Origin: Antedon mediterranea
Lineage: Eukaryota > Animalia > Echinodermata
DNA length: 64,000 nucleotides
Assembly: GCF_964355755.1 (NCBI RefSeq)
Contig: NC_092670.1
Span: 19,640,795 to 19,704,794, forward strand
Direction: 5' to 3'
Within the stretch, counting starts at the first letter, position 1, and each line of letters starts with the position of its first letter. Below the pieces are notes generated by a model. The model ran no database searches. It was given only the letters and a program-made list of their open reading frames with translations, and was not told the origin of the DNA. Positions 1 to 32,210 of the stretch are shown here, one piece after another. The position numbers were made by a program, and so were the translations under genes.

Positions 1-115
1 AACGTTGACATTTACGTTGAGGCAAACTTTCATTTTCAACCACTTTTTCAACGTTATTTCAACGTTTGCAGATAACGTTGAATTAACGTTAATTCAACCA
101 ATTTTTGCCCACTGG
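1..115. mobile_element. Right end of a non-autonomous DNA transposon/MITE with AACGTTG subterminal repeats, truncated by the window edge
   Basis: Dense AACGTT(G)/CAACGTT motifs ending in ...TTTGCCCACTGGG, which resembles CCCAG-type terminal inverted repeats. The other end is outside the window. Confidence 0.45.
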
Positions 116-193
116 GGTAGGCCTATATGTATAATATATTATATTATTATTTATATTATCTGAACGAATAGACACAGGAGGAAACCGTTAATA

Positions 194-1903
194 GGGGTCA
201 TCAATCACTGAAACAGTCTCTAACGTGACCGTACCAAGAGACCAAAGGCATAGTTTATCAAAGTGGGTGACAGTCAGCGGTGCTTTAACATTTATATCAC
301 AAATTATCAAATAACAACTGTCGTAGCCTACTTATATATCGGTCGTAGTACTCACCATTTACAATTATTATAAATAAAGCAAGCAACAGAAATAATCGAT
401 AATATAAACAGTAAAGGTGTTTCCCTGGTAGGCCTACCAGGCCTCCTATAGTAACATTGAATCGCACCTAAATTTGATTATAAATGATTAATAAATAGAA
501 TCTAATTTCAGTAGTTCACGATACGTTGAACATATTTTTGTATTTAATATCGAATGGCCTATATTGGTAGTAGTACACACCATTTATAATTATTATAAAT
601 AGAGCAAGCAACAGAAATAACATATAATATAAACAGTAAAGGTGTTTCCCTGGTAGGCCTACCAGGCCTCCTATAGTAACATTGAATCGCACCTAAATTT
701 GATTATAAATGATTAATAAATAGAATCTAATTTCAGTAGTTCACGATACGTTGAACATATTTTTGTATTTAATATCGAATGGCCTATATTGGTCGTAGTA
801 CACACCATTTATAATTATTATAAATAGAGCAAGCAACAGAAATAATCGATAATATAAACAGTAAAGGTGTTTCCCTGGTAGGCCTACCAGGCCTCCTATA
901 GTAACATTGAATCGCACCTAAATTTGATTAAATGATTAATAAATAGAACAGGCCTCCTATAGTAACATTGAATCGCACCTAAATTTGATTAAATGATTAA
1001 TAAATAGAATCTAATTTCAGTAGTTCACGATACGTTGAACCACTAAAAGGGGTCATCAATCACTGAAACAGTCTCTAACGTGACCGTACCAAGAGACCAA
1101 AGGCATAGTTTATCAAAGTGGGTGACAGTCAGCGGTGCTTTAACATTTATATCACAAATTATCAAATAACAACTGTCGTAGCCTACTTATATATCGGTCG
1201 TAGTACTCACCATTTACAATTATTATAAATAAAGCAAGCAACAGAAATAATCGATAATATAAACAGTAAAGGTGTTTCCCTGGTAGGCCTACCAGGCCTC
1301 CTATAGTAACATTGAATCGCACCTAAATTTGATTATAAATGATTAATAAATAGAATCTAATTTCAGTAGTTCACGATACGTTGAACATATTTTTGTATTT
1401 AATATCGAATGGCCTATATTGGTAGTAGTACACACCATTTATAATTATTATAAATAGAGCAAGCAACAGAAATAACATATAATATAAACAGTAAAGGTGT
1501 TTCCCTGGTAGGCCTACCAGGCCTCCTATAGTAACATTGAATCGCACCTAAATTTGATTATAAATGATTAATAAATAGAATCTAATTTCAGTAGTTCACG
1601 ATACGTTGAACATATTTTTGTATTTAATATCGAATGGCCTATATTGGTCGTAGTACACACCATTTATAATTATTATAAATAGAGCAAGCAACAGAAATAA
1701 TCGATAATATAAACAGTAAAGGTGTTTCCCTGGTAGGCCTACCAGGCCTCCTATAGTAACATTGAATCGCACCTAAATTTGATTAAATGATTAATAAATA
1801 GAACAGGCCTCCTATAGTAACATTGAATCGCACCTAAATTTGATTAAATGATTAATAAATAGAATCTAATTTCAGTAGTTCACGATACGTTGAACCACTA
1901 AAA
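194..1903. repeat. 855-bp tandem duplication (194-1048 / 1049-1903), each copy containing about 3 subunits of ~225 bp
   Basis: GGGGTCATCAATCACTG starts at 194 and 1049; GTTGAACCACTAAAA ends at 1048 and 1903. Subunits start at about 341, 566 and 791, and each carries the palindrome CCTGGTAGGCCTACCAGG. Confidence 0.95.
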
Positions 1904-1949
1904 TATTTTTGTATTTAATCAAATATAGTGTTACCTTTGATTTAATATC

Positions 1950-2010
1950 GAATGGCGCCACCAACGGCCATTTTGCCGGAAGTGACGGACCCCCCGGAAG
2001 CCAGCTGAAC
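1950..2010. promoter_or_regulatory. Housekeeping-type promoter motif cluster (YY1-like and ETS-like)
   Basis: A GC-rich patch with ATGGCGCC, GCCATTTT, CCGGAAGT and CCGGAAG within ~60 bp in AT-rich surroundings. Motif match only. Confidence 0.4.
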
Positions 2011-3179
2011 AACAGCGCGAGTGTGTGAAAATAACCCTGTGATATCCACAAATTTCGATAGGTAACGCTAAATTTTGTCGTTGCAAAAGACAAAAATGGA
2101 ATAATAGCGTCGGCGTGCACACTAATGTTATCAAATCTACGTTTCGCGGTACATCTCGGATAGATAAGGTAGGTATCCAAGGCGGAGATTTGTAGAGAAG
2201 TTTTTGCATTGTGCTCGCCTATGTCAGAATTAACCATAATTTATATATAGATACACACTAAATTTAGGCCTATTCTGTGCTCAATTTTAAGTAGATATCT
2301 TGAATAAAAGCAAGAAGGTAAAATAAGTTGCAACTTCTCAGCTACGCCCTGGTAAGTTTAAGATAATGTGTAGGCCTATTATTTGGGATTATATTGACAT
2401 CCATATACATTTAGTATATAATGACAAAGTCCAACATATTTGAATGAACTCGAGACCCAATAGAGGGCAATTACCTTGGTCCAGTGATAAATAACAGATA
2501 ACAGCCATGATTTGTTGTTGTTGACGATACCCTTTATTTGAATTTTCGAAACGATAAACACAAGAATAGGCTACATCACATTAAAGAGAACTTATAATTT
2601 AAATTTTTAACTTTCAAAATAACTTTACCCATTTTAATTATTTCGTTGTGGAGAGGTTCTCTACGGTTAGTTTGTTACCTGGGTAATAATCCTGCCTCAT
2701 TGGTTTACTTTTGTTCTGTTTTCATGGACATTGTTTACACTGGCGAAACAAATCGATTTGCTAAATCCTTTATTCCCTCCGGTATCATCCAGTACAACAG
2801 GAAGTCAAGAAGATAATTTTATATTGTAATTTTTTAGATGTTTTTATATGAATGGTTTTATGCTATATTTGTTTTTATAGTGTTTTCTTTGTTATTATGA
2901 CGAGCAATGAATTTCCTTTTTGAGGATCAATAAAAGTTATCTTATCTTATCTTATCTTAAATGATATGTGATAATTAATAATTTAATTAATCTATAACTG
3001 TTTTAAATTACATTATACTGCAGGTCAAATTTGATTTTTATTTTGTAATGTTGAATTTACATTAAGTATAGGCCTCATGTTAATCATAATGTAGGCTACC
3101 AGTAGTATTATAATGTCTGCAGGCTGAAATTTCTGATTCAGTATACTTTTAACTATTTGACGCACACAAACTTTTTTTC

Positions 3180-3786
3180 TACACGCATGCATAGCGCGTA
3201 CATTTTCTCGTAATACGGCATGGATGCGGCAACACATATTTTCACATCTTCTGGTAAATCTGCTCGATCTGCTGGAGGAGGAGACTTTTAAAAATTCTGA
3301 CTTGCAAAAGCATCTTCATAATAACCACATAATTGGTTTCCCTTCATGAAGTATTCTGAAGACTTCCATTTCTGTACAACACTATCTCCTGCATTCCAAC
3401 TCAACAGTTCGTCTTTATACTGAATTCCTGTCCGCTTGCAGAACTCTCCCAAGATAAATTCTGGATTTTCCAACAGATCATCGGAATCTATGATTACTGG
3501 CCTTGGTTCGATTCCAGTTTTTACAAGATGTTCGTATGTATGTCGCCTTGTTTGTTTCCCAACCTGGATGAAAACCCAAGTCACTTGATTTAGCCACAAA
3601 TTTCGCTTGTTCCTTTTCCAAATGTTCTGGTGGTGGTAACATCTCTGGTCCAATGGTGTACGCGGACACGTATGGTTCATTTATAATCTGCACGTCATCA
3701 GGGTTACTCATGTATGTTTCAAATGCAGTTGACACCGTACGAGAAATACACCAAAGAATAACACGAACTTGCTTGTCATCAGCCAT
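3180..3786 (-). pseudogene. Sulfotransferase-like pseudogene, copy 1 (P-loop family resembling the N-terminal domain of 'BCAT-like protein 2')
   Basis: MADDKQVRVILWCISRTVSTAF...NEPY, then YEHL...PVIIDSDDLLENPE...LLSW. Relative to copy 2 it has an internal deletion of about 265 bp with a frameshift near 3540 and a premature TAA after ASQNF (3288). Confidence 0.8.
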
Positions 3787-4315
3787 GTTGTAGGCCTATC
3801 TATAACATAGGAATATAACACAGTGCAATAAGAAATAATATATGATAGGCGTACATTAAAGCAATATATTTTTTACCTGTATTCTGCTCAATTTATAAGT
3901 ATAGATATCTTGAATAAAAGCAAGAAAGTAGAATACGTTTCACCTTAGCTACTCTCTTTTAGGTAATGTCATAAATAATGTGTGGTCCCATTTTTTGACA
4001 TCCATATAACATTTAGTAAGTAGCAACAAAGTTCAAGATATCCAGTGATAAATAACTGATAACAACCTTTTTTTTAATACAGTATCTTTATTTGAATTTT
4101 CACTTTTGTAACTGTGACATGATAAAACGCGTTGAGAAGACAAATAACTCCCCAAGAATACAAACATTCCAAATGACATAAACATTTATGAAGTGACTTT
4201 CAGATAATGAGAAAATAATGTTGAATAATACCATTATCAACACATTGTAAAAGGCAACCCTAACTATGTCATTCAGTTATTGTTGTTTATTATACTCAAG
4301 GAACACAAATAATTA

Positions 4316-5209
4316 CTATTCTCCTGCACGCATGCGTAGCGCGTACATTTTCTCGTAATACGGCACGGATGCGTCAACACATACTTTCACATCTTCTGGT
4401 AGATCGGCTCGATCTGCTGGAGGAGGAGACTTGTAAAAATTCTGACTTGCAAAAGCATCTTCATAATAACCACATAACTGGTTGCCTTTTATAAACAATT
4501 CTGAAGACTTCCATTTCTGTACAACACTATCCCCTGCATTCCAACTCAACAGTTCGTCTTTATACTGAATTCCTGTCCGCTTGCAAAACTCTCTCAAAAT
4601 AAATTCTGGATTTTCCAAAAGATCATCGGAATCTATGATTACTGGGCTTGGTTCGATTCCAGTTTTTACAAGATGCTCGTAATTGGAAACTTTCTCCGAA
4701 ACCGTAATATTCTGGAAGTAGACTGCCTTTGTGTGCCAACGGATATACAGTAGAAAGTGCATTTCCAATTTTTTCTAAAACTGTTTTCCAAGATGAGAAG
4801 ACCTTTACGGGATTTCGAATCAAGAATGCATGGCGGTAGCCTTCTGGTAACATGTGCAGCTTCCATGCGATACCATATGACATATCTTTGACAAACACAA
4901 CTCTCTTGTCTCGATATTCGGCCTCCAGAATATTCTCTTTTATGTACGTATATGTCGCCTTGTTTTTTTCCCAACCTGGATGAAAACCCAAGTTAATCTC
5001 ACTTGTTTTAGCTACAAATAGTATCTCTGTTTCTTTTTCTAGATTTTCTGGCTGTGTTATCATCTCTGGTCCAATGGTGTGTACGCGGACACGTATGGTT
5101 CATTTATGATCTGCACGTCGTCAATGTTACTCATGCTTTTTGCAAATGCAGTTGACACCGTACGAGGAATACACCAAAGAATAACACGAATTTGCTTATC
5201 ATCAGCCAT
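4316..5209 (-). pseudogene. Sulfotransferase-like gene, copy 2, full length but with two frameshifts
   Basis: ATG at 5209 gives MADDKQIRVILWCIPRTVSTAF; motifs VFVKDM, HAFLIRNP and VIIDSDDLLENP follow; stop at 4316. A +2 nt insertion near 5080 (GTGTGTAC vs GTGTAC in copy 1) and a second shift near 4682 break the frame. An upstream AG acceptor suggests one coding exon. Confidence 0.8.
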
Positions 5210-5777
5210 GTTTTATCTAAATTAAAATTGTTTAACGATTGTTAGTCTCTTGTAACTCCTCATAAGTTGATGGGAAGTCTTAAAAAACAGTGCAGCAGTA
5301 AAAACTAGTATACATAATACATGCTTCCTGTATTCTATGCTCACGTGTAAGCAGGTGGAATAGGTTACAACTTTCAGACTATATGAGATATGTATTGTTC
5401 GGATAGATGACTTCCAAGAAAGTAAACCACAACATCCAAACATGGTTCAACAACTTTGAACTTGAGACCAATATATGTAGAAAATGTTGATTGGTTCAAT
5501 GATCGGTAAAAAAATGTTTCTTTTGATAATATATTGTCTTTTGATGAGGATAGATTCGTTAAGACCACATAATCATTAAAACTACTAAAATGAATTAATC
5601 ACGCTAATCATCGTCCGTTATGTGTAACGTGGTAGGGGCGTGGTAGTAAGTATAATTTTGGTTGAGCACATTATATAAAGATTTCATTATTCATACTTTG
5701 AGAATATTCCACATATCAGTTTATATGAGCTTCTCTAGTTTATCTTAATTACCATCTGGCTGCCTGTTTATTTAGAT

Positions 5778-6249
5778 ACTAGGGCTCGCACGGTATTCTA
5801 ACTTGGTGGGTGGGTACGTAGGTGCAGCTCGGTAAGGTGAAGAACAAGTTTGCGTTGTTCTTAAGGTCGTCAAGGTCAAGGTCAAATCTAAAAATTGTCT
5901 CTGATCGAGCTAAAACTTGGGTAAAATAATCCTGATGATATGGTGAGTATTAATTCGATATCGAGGAGGGCTATGTCAAATTTCAAGGAAATATTTAAAA
6001 ATTGCTCTGATAGACCTGAAATTTGGGTAATGTCTTCAAAGTTGGTGGGTGGGTGCAGCTCGTTCGTTAGGTCTTCAAGGTCAAATTTTCAATTGCTCTG
6101 ATCATAGAGATAATATCTCTATGCTCTGATCGACCTTAAATGTCAATGGTCAAGGTAAATTTTTTTCCGATGGACCTGAAACTTGGGTAAAGTAAGCATC
6201 AGGATATAGGATGAGTATACCCTCTCTGGGGGGAGTATACTTTGTAGTT
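5778..6249. mobile_element. Putative Helitron/Helentron-like non-autonomous element with AAGGTCAAGGTCAAA internal repeats
   Basis: Starts at ACTAG. Contains repeated AGGTCAA...CTCTGATCGA...AAACTTGGGTAA units. Ends with an imperfect hairpin (GTATACCCTCTCTGGGGGGAGTATAC) followed by TTTGTAGTT. Confidence 0.4.
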
Positions 6250-6445
6250 ATGGTAAATCAGGATGATCCTGTTTGTTGGCGCGTCATCAACAATGGCAAA
6301 CGATAGATAATAATGAAATGCATATTCGGCTTTCCATAGTTATGGAAATCTGCTGCCACCAACCTTTCATTGGGCACACGCCGCGACCGCGAGTTTTTTG
6401 TACGTTGTGTCTGCGCCGTACATATAACATTGTATTTGTATAAAA

Positions 6446-7449
6446 ATGGCTAAACATCATCCTGATTTAATCTTTTGTAGAAAGCAAGCAGGAGTTGGTA
6501 ATTATCTTTATTCGAATTCGTAGTCATTAGTGATTATTTGCTATAGATTAGATGTCAAATAAGAGCCAAACTAGAGGTTCTAATCCAGCTAGTCTAGCCT
6601 AAAAGCCAGGCCGTGTGTGGGTGGCTATTCTCTACTTCAAAAGGACGGATCTGTGCCTAACTAAGGATCTGCCAGGTAGCCAAACTTAGGCCTAGCTAGT
6701 TCGGACTGCAGTACTGCGTTAAGGCGGTAGGCTACCTAGCTAGAGTAGGCTAGGCTAAAAATTGTCTTTTATTCACTATTTTCTTTACCCACCATTGCCT
6801 AGAGGGATGTTTTTTTTAGGTTTAGTAGCGGGCTGAACGCCCGATTGTCTCGGTGTTTACTGTATAGTGTCTGTCGGAATCTGTACTGAATGGGCAGTTA
6901 AGTTCTGACAGTGCCGGAATCCTAACCACAGCGTTAAATAAATGTGGTACTGGTAGCTAATTTAGTATGACCAGCAACTTGTTTTCTTTATTTACAGCTA
7001 TTGGTAGGTTGTGCGAGAAATGTGATGGAAAATGTGTTATATGTGACTCATATGTGCGTCCATGTACATTGGTTCGTATATGTGATGAATGTAACTATGG
7101 GTCATATCAAGGAAGATGCGTAATCTGTGGAGGCCCCGGGGTGTCGGATGCATACTATTGCAAAGAGTGTACAGTCCAAGAAAAAGATGTAAGTATGCCA
7201 GAGACACTGTTATTTATTGAATATGATAAACCCCTCATGTTTTAATCTTCCTACTGGCAGTTACCATGTCTCAATTTACTTCAACATGGTTTATTGTGAA
7301 TTTTTCTTTCCACATCTTCCTATTTACACATTTAACATCATATTTTTCAATTTTTTTAGCGTGATGGATGCCCTAAGATTGTTAACCTTGGAAGTGCAAA
7401 GACAGACTTGTTCTACGAACGAAAGAAGTATGGATTCAAGAAAAGATGA
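6446..7449 (+). CDS. PHF5A: PHD finger-like domain-containing protein 5A (SF3b spliceosome subunit), 110 aa
   Basis: Exons 6446-6497, 6998-7188 and 7360-7449 with GT-AG introns total 333 nt. Translation [39 protein letters not shown]...[29 protein letters not shown] is near-identical to the canonical sequence. Confidence 0.99.
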
Positions 7450-9003
7450 TGTGCAAGATTGCTTGTTGCACTAGTGTATTGTACAGGGCTGGCCTTTATC
7501 AATATTTTTTTCTAAGTAAAGCTAGTTAAGCAGTGCTTATGTGAAAAACTGAATATTTATCAAAATAAAACCATTTTTTTTTATCTTAAAAAGTGGAAGA
7601 CAATAAGCACAAATATTTGCTTAGGTGTTTTTTGGAAAAAAACTTAAGAAAAATCATTGACTTAACAAGTTAGATGAATCCTACCCACTCCTTATTACTA
7701 GGCTGGGAGTGGACAAGGATGGGAATTCTATCATTACATTTGATAGATAAAAGGGGGTGGTTACAGTGAACTACAAACATCATAGTGTGTGGGCAAATAA
7801 AAAGACTTTTAACTGACCTTGTTGGGAACAACGGATGACCCCAATCCCGGAGATATTATGATGTTAATGTTAAGGATGTTTTATTATACAGTAGTTCAAG
7901 TCACTGTTTTGAGCAAAATTATGTATATATATTTAGCTATCAACGCTCACCAGACCTAAAAATGTACAACAATACTTGAATAATACAGAAATACAAAATA
8001 TGAAACTTAAATTCCATTAAAACAATTGCCTATTTTGTACATATTTTAAAATAAATTGTGTATTAACATGACAGATTTTGAAAATAAATTAACAGAAAAA
8101 AAATAGCGGACTTCAGTTTTTTACCCTCAATATTTATTTCTTTAAAAATATATTCACATGCGGACGGCTGACAATGTCCGTTTTATCTATTTTACGTGGC
8201 TTTTGGTAGATGTTTGCATTTCCTCAACCACTGTATAGGGCATCACTTTTCTCAAAATGATTACATTAAGGGGTAACCAATATTATTGCTCTTATTGGGC
8301 AGATTTTGGGTAAGAGAGCAACATATAAAAGGGGATTGTTGTAGGCTGTATGCCCTCTGTTATGTGCCTATGTAACGACCAGTAATTAATATTAATAAAT
8401 TAAACATTAGTCAACTTATCAAATTTATTATGAAGGTTACTCATAAATATGTCAATAGGTCTACAGTGCTCCGACATACAAATCTATTACAATTTACATT
8501 TTGAACGTTATTGAATATTTACATTTTTTTAAAAAAACAAAATATACAAAAAATGTAAAAATACTAATCTAAACAGGGAGTTAACTCCCTGATCTAACAT
8601 TTACTAAAATAATGTTTTCTTCGTGGTTAATTTGTTTGTAAGTACTAAAACATAATGCTATTTTCAATAATTCAATTAAAAACATTTCTGTTCATTCTGT
8701 ATTAATTAATGTTAGGCAAGAGAACATTTGGCAGTTAAGCAGTTATACATAGATTAAACAAGGGAAGCATACAGCATAAACATCACACACTGCTGAGTCA
8801 CCTGCTTCGACCTGAAGAGCACTAAAGATATGTGGACACCTTTAATTATTCACTTCTATTGTTTCTTTGTACACTTTATAATATGTTTATGCTTTGTACA
8901 CTTATAATGCTTTATGTATGTTTTCTTGAATACATTTTGTACACATATTTTTACAAATCTTTGTGTAATACAGTAACAGTTTATTAAGATCATCAAGTCT
9001 TGT

Positions 9004-28366
<19,363 letters not shown>

Positions 28367-29099
28367 TTTGAATATTCTTCTTGTCCAGTATCAGATTCTT
28401 TAATCGTCTGCTCTTGTCGTCTGTGTCAATGTTACCTATCTTTATTTTGAATAGCACTCTTCAAAGATAACGATTTGGTTCCGCACTACTTACTAACAAT
28501 AGTTTTGGAATCCATTGAATAGTCAAGGCGTTGTTTCATTTTGATGCAAATGCACCTTTACGTTCTTTGATTTGAGGATTGACTAAAGATGCGACAATTC
28601 TGTTCACACCCTATTATGTTCACAGTTTTTGTATGCTATTAACGAATTCGATTTAGAATATAAAATAGAACTTGACTCTTCTGACCTAATCAATTACGTT
28701 AATTCAAATGAATTCGATTATAGTGTTTGCTATGTGTCCAATCATGTACGTACAACGCCATTTTTATTATTTTTCATATGCCATTTGATAGGACCAAATT
28801 TTATCGAAAGGGCCTAAATTTGCCATATTTGCGCATATATCCCTTTACTGTTAATAAGCAAACTTTTCCATAATGCATTCGTTGTATTATGTTCTTATTT
28901 AAGCCAAATTATATCGAAAACAGTGTCAAATTTCCACACTTTTATTTTTGGACATAACTAGTTACTATGTTTCTATACGATGATGATACAACGATATAAT
29001 CCCATATGCAATATTATCCCATAATTATTGAATTTTAAAAAGTGTATATTTTGGTCATTGGTGGTACGTGCACCTGTGTATTATTGGCTTAATCATCTT

Positions 29100-31270
29100 A
29101 ATCAAAGTAACCATTTATATCAAAAGTAACAACTTTTGACATAAATGGTTACTATAGCACAATTGACATGCGCAGAACCCATTATTCGTATCTGCGCATG
29201 TTTATTATGCAATAGTAACCATTTATGTAAAAAAAGAAAAGGGTCGAAAATCGGACTTTTTCGGAAATTTCCCTGTACTAAGGGTATAGTACAGGGATTT
29301 TTTCAAAAAATTGGCCAATTTTCGACCTTTTTATTTTTCGATAAAACTGGTTACTATAGCACAATTAACATGCGCAGAACCCATTAGTCGACTCTGCGCA
29401 TGTTTATTATGCTATAGTAACCATTTATATCAAAAGTAACCACTTTTGACATAAATGGTTACTATAGCTCAATTGACATGCGCAGAACCCATTATTCGTA
29501 TCTGCGCATGTTTATTATGCAATAGTAACCATTTATGTCAAAAAAGAAAAGGGTCGAAAATCGGCCTTTTTCGGAAATTTCCCTGTACTAAGGGTATAGT
29601 ACAGGGATTTTTTCAAAAAAATTGCCAATTTTCGACCTTTTTATTTTTCGATAAAACTTGTTACTATAGCACAATTGACATGCGCAGAACCCATTATTCG
29701 CCTCTGCGCATGTTGATTATGCTATAGTAACCATTTATGTCAAATATGGTTATGATAGCACAATTGACATGCGCAGAACCCATTATTCGTATCTGCACAT
29801 GTTTATTATGCAATAGTAACCATTTATGTCAAAAAAGAAAAGGGTCGAAAATCGGCCATTTTTCGGAAATTTCCCTGTACTATAGTACGGGGATTTTTCA
29901 AAAAAATGGCCAATTTTCGACCTTTTTATTTTTCGATAAAACTGGTTACTATAGCACAATTGACATGCGCAGAACCCATTATTCGCCTCTGCGCATGTTG
30001 ATTATGCTATAGTAACCATTTATATCAAAAGTAACCAATTTTGACATAAATGGTCACTATAGCACAATTGACATGCGCAGAACCCATTATTCGTATCTGC
30101 GCATGTTTATTATGCAATAGTAACCATTTATGTGAAAAAAGAAAAGGGTCGAAAATCGGCCATTTTTCGACCTTTTTATTTTTCGATAAAACTGGTTACT
30201 ATAGCGCAATTGACATGCGCAGAACCCATTATTCACCTCTGCGCATGTTGATTATGCTATAGTAACCATTTATGTCAAAACTGGTTACTATAGCACAATT
30301 GAAATGCGCAGAACCCATTATTCGTATCTGCGCATGTTTATTATGCAATAGTAACCATTTATGTCAAAAAAGAAAAGTGTTGAAAATCGGCAATTTTTCG
30401 GAAATTTCCCTGTATAATTGTACAGGGATTTTTTCAAGAAAATGGCCAATTTTCGACCTTGTTATTTTTCGATAAAACTGGTTACTATAGCACAATTAAC
30501 ATGCGCAGAACCTATTAGTCGACTCTGCGCATGTTTATTATGCTATAGTAACCATTTATATCAAAAGTAACCACTTTTGACATAAATGGTCACTATCGCA
30601 CAATTGACATGCGCAGAACCCATTATTCGTATATGCGCATGTTTATTATGCAATAGTAACCATTTATGTCAAAAAAGAAAAGGGTCGAAAATCGGCAATT
30701 TTTCGGAAATTTCCCTGTACTATATTAGGCCTACAGGGATTTTTTCAAGAAAATGGCCAATTTTCGACCTTTTTATTTTTCGATAAAACTGGTTACTATA
30801 GCACAATTAACATGCGCAGAACCCATTAGTCGACTCTGCGCATGTTTATTATGCTATAGTAACCATTTATATCAAAAGTAACCACTTTTGACATAAATGG
30901 TTACTATAGCTCAATTGGCATGCGCAGAACCCATTATTCGTATCTGCGCATGTTTATTATGCAATAGTAACCATTTATGTCAAAAAAGAAAAGGGTCGAA
31001 AATCGGCCATTTTTCGGAAATTTCCCTGTACTATAGTACAGGGATTTTTTCAAAAAAATGGCCAATTTTCGACCTTTTTATTTTTCGATAAAACTTGTTA
31101 CAATAGCACAATTGACATGCGCAGAACCCATTGTTCGCTATAGTAACCATTTATGTCAAAACTGCTTTTGATAGCACAATTAACATGCGCAGAACCCATT
31201 ATTCGTCTCTGCGCATGTTTATTATGCAATAGTAACCATTTATGTCAAAAGTGGTTACTTTTGACATAAT
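29100..31270. repeat. Complex satellite (~310-bp unit with deletion variants) built from inverted repeats
   Basis: About 15 copies of ATGCGCAGAACCCATTA...TCTGCGCATG. ATAAATGGTTACTATAGC recurs at 29141 and 29451 (period 310). The ORFs listed here are repeat artefacts. Confidence 0.95.
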
Positions 31271-31782
31271 GAGGTAATTTCCCGATTGATCGTCGTAATC
31301 AAAACGGTACTGGGTATGGTCTACTAGCTTTTCTGCTTCCAACTCGTCATCTATTCATAGAAGCCTTGATGAAGTAAGCCTACCTGGTGGTAACCATAGA
31401 ACGGTTCCAAGATAACGACTATACTTCGGCTTTAGTCGATAGAAGATTGAAAAAATGGTTAGAGCGTATACGGTGTTGATATTAGTGTTTGATTTGTTAC
31501 ATTATGTGTGGAAGAGTCTATATAGAATTGATGTTCTGCTTTATTATAGTCATAATGATTAGTCCATATTATTTTATACATATTTAAGATAATTTAAAAT
31601 AAATGTTATGATTATATTATTAATAAAAATGATATTTGTTAGTATAATTTCATAAAGAAAAAATAGGTATAAAGAAGAAATACGGTAGCGATTAGAAAGA
31701 TAAGAGATTATGGAGCGGCTATTCCTGAATATACAATAATAAGTATCGTAAGTTAGTTTATAAATTTTAGGCGATATTGTCA

Positions 31783-32210
31783 GTACAGGGATTTGTTCCA
31801 AAAAATGGGAAAATTTAGACCCTTTTATTTTTCAACAAAACTGGTTACTATGGCTCTATATGATGATACAAAGCAATATATGCGCATATATAGCCATATT
31901 ATTGCATAATAATTGCAAAGGTCAAGCGCCATAGCCTGCCACGTTTCGATATTCAATATTACCTCACGTCGATAATTTGGGCATTTTTCGAAAAAAATCC
32001 TTATACTAATACTGTAGTACAGGGATTTGTTCCAAAAAATGGGAAAATTTAGACCCTTTTATTTTTCAACAAAACTGGTTACTATGGCTCTATATGATGA
32101 TACAAAGCAATATATGCGCATATATAGCCATATTATTGCATAATAATTGAATTTTAAAAAGTCGATAATTTGGGCATTTTCCGAAAAAAAAATCCCTGTA
32201 CTATATACAG
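31783..32210. repeat. Two diverged relatives of the satellite unit (period ~233 bp)
   Basis: AGTACAGGGATTTGTTCCAAAAAATGGG...AAAACTGGTTACTATGG...GCATAATAATTG at ~31783 and ~32016. Related sequence also at ~28920-29050. Confidence 0.85.

Noticed and set aside
29100-31270. CRISPR-like appearance (repeated hairpins) and seven repeated 64-91 aa ORFs
   Set aside because: The inter-hairpin sequences are themselves repeated rather than unique spacers, there are no cas genes, and the context is eukaryotic. The ORFs are translations of the satellite unit.
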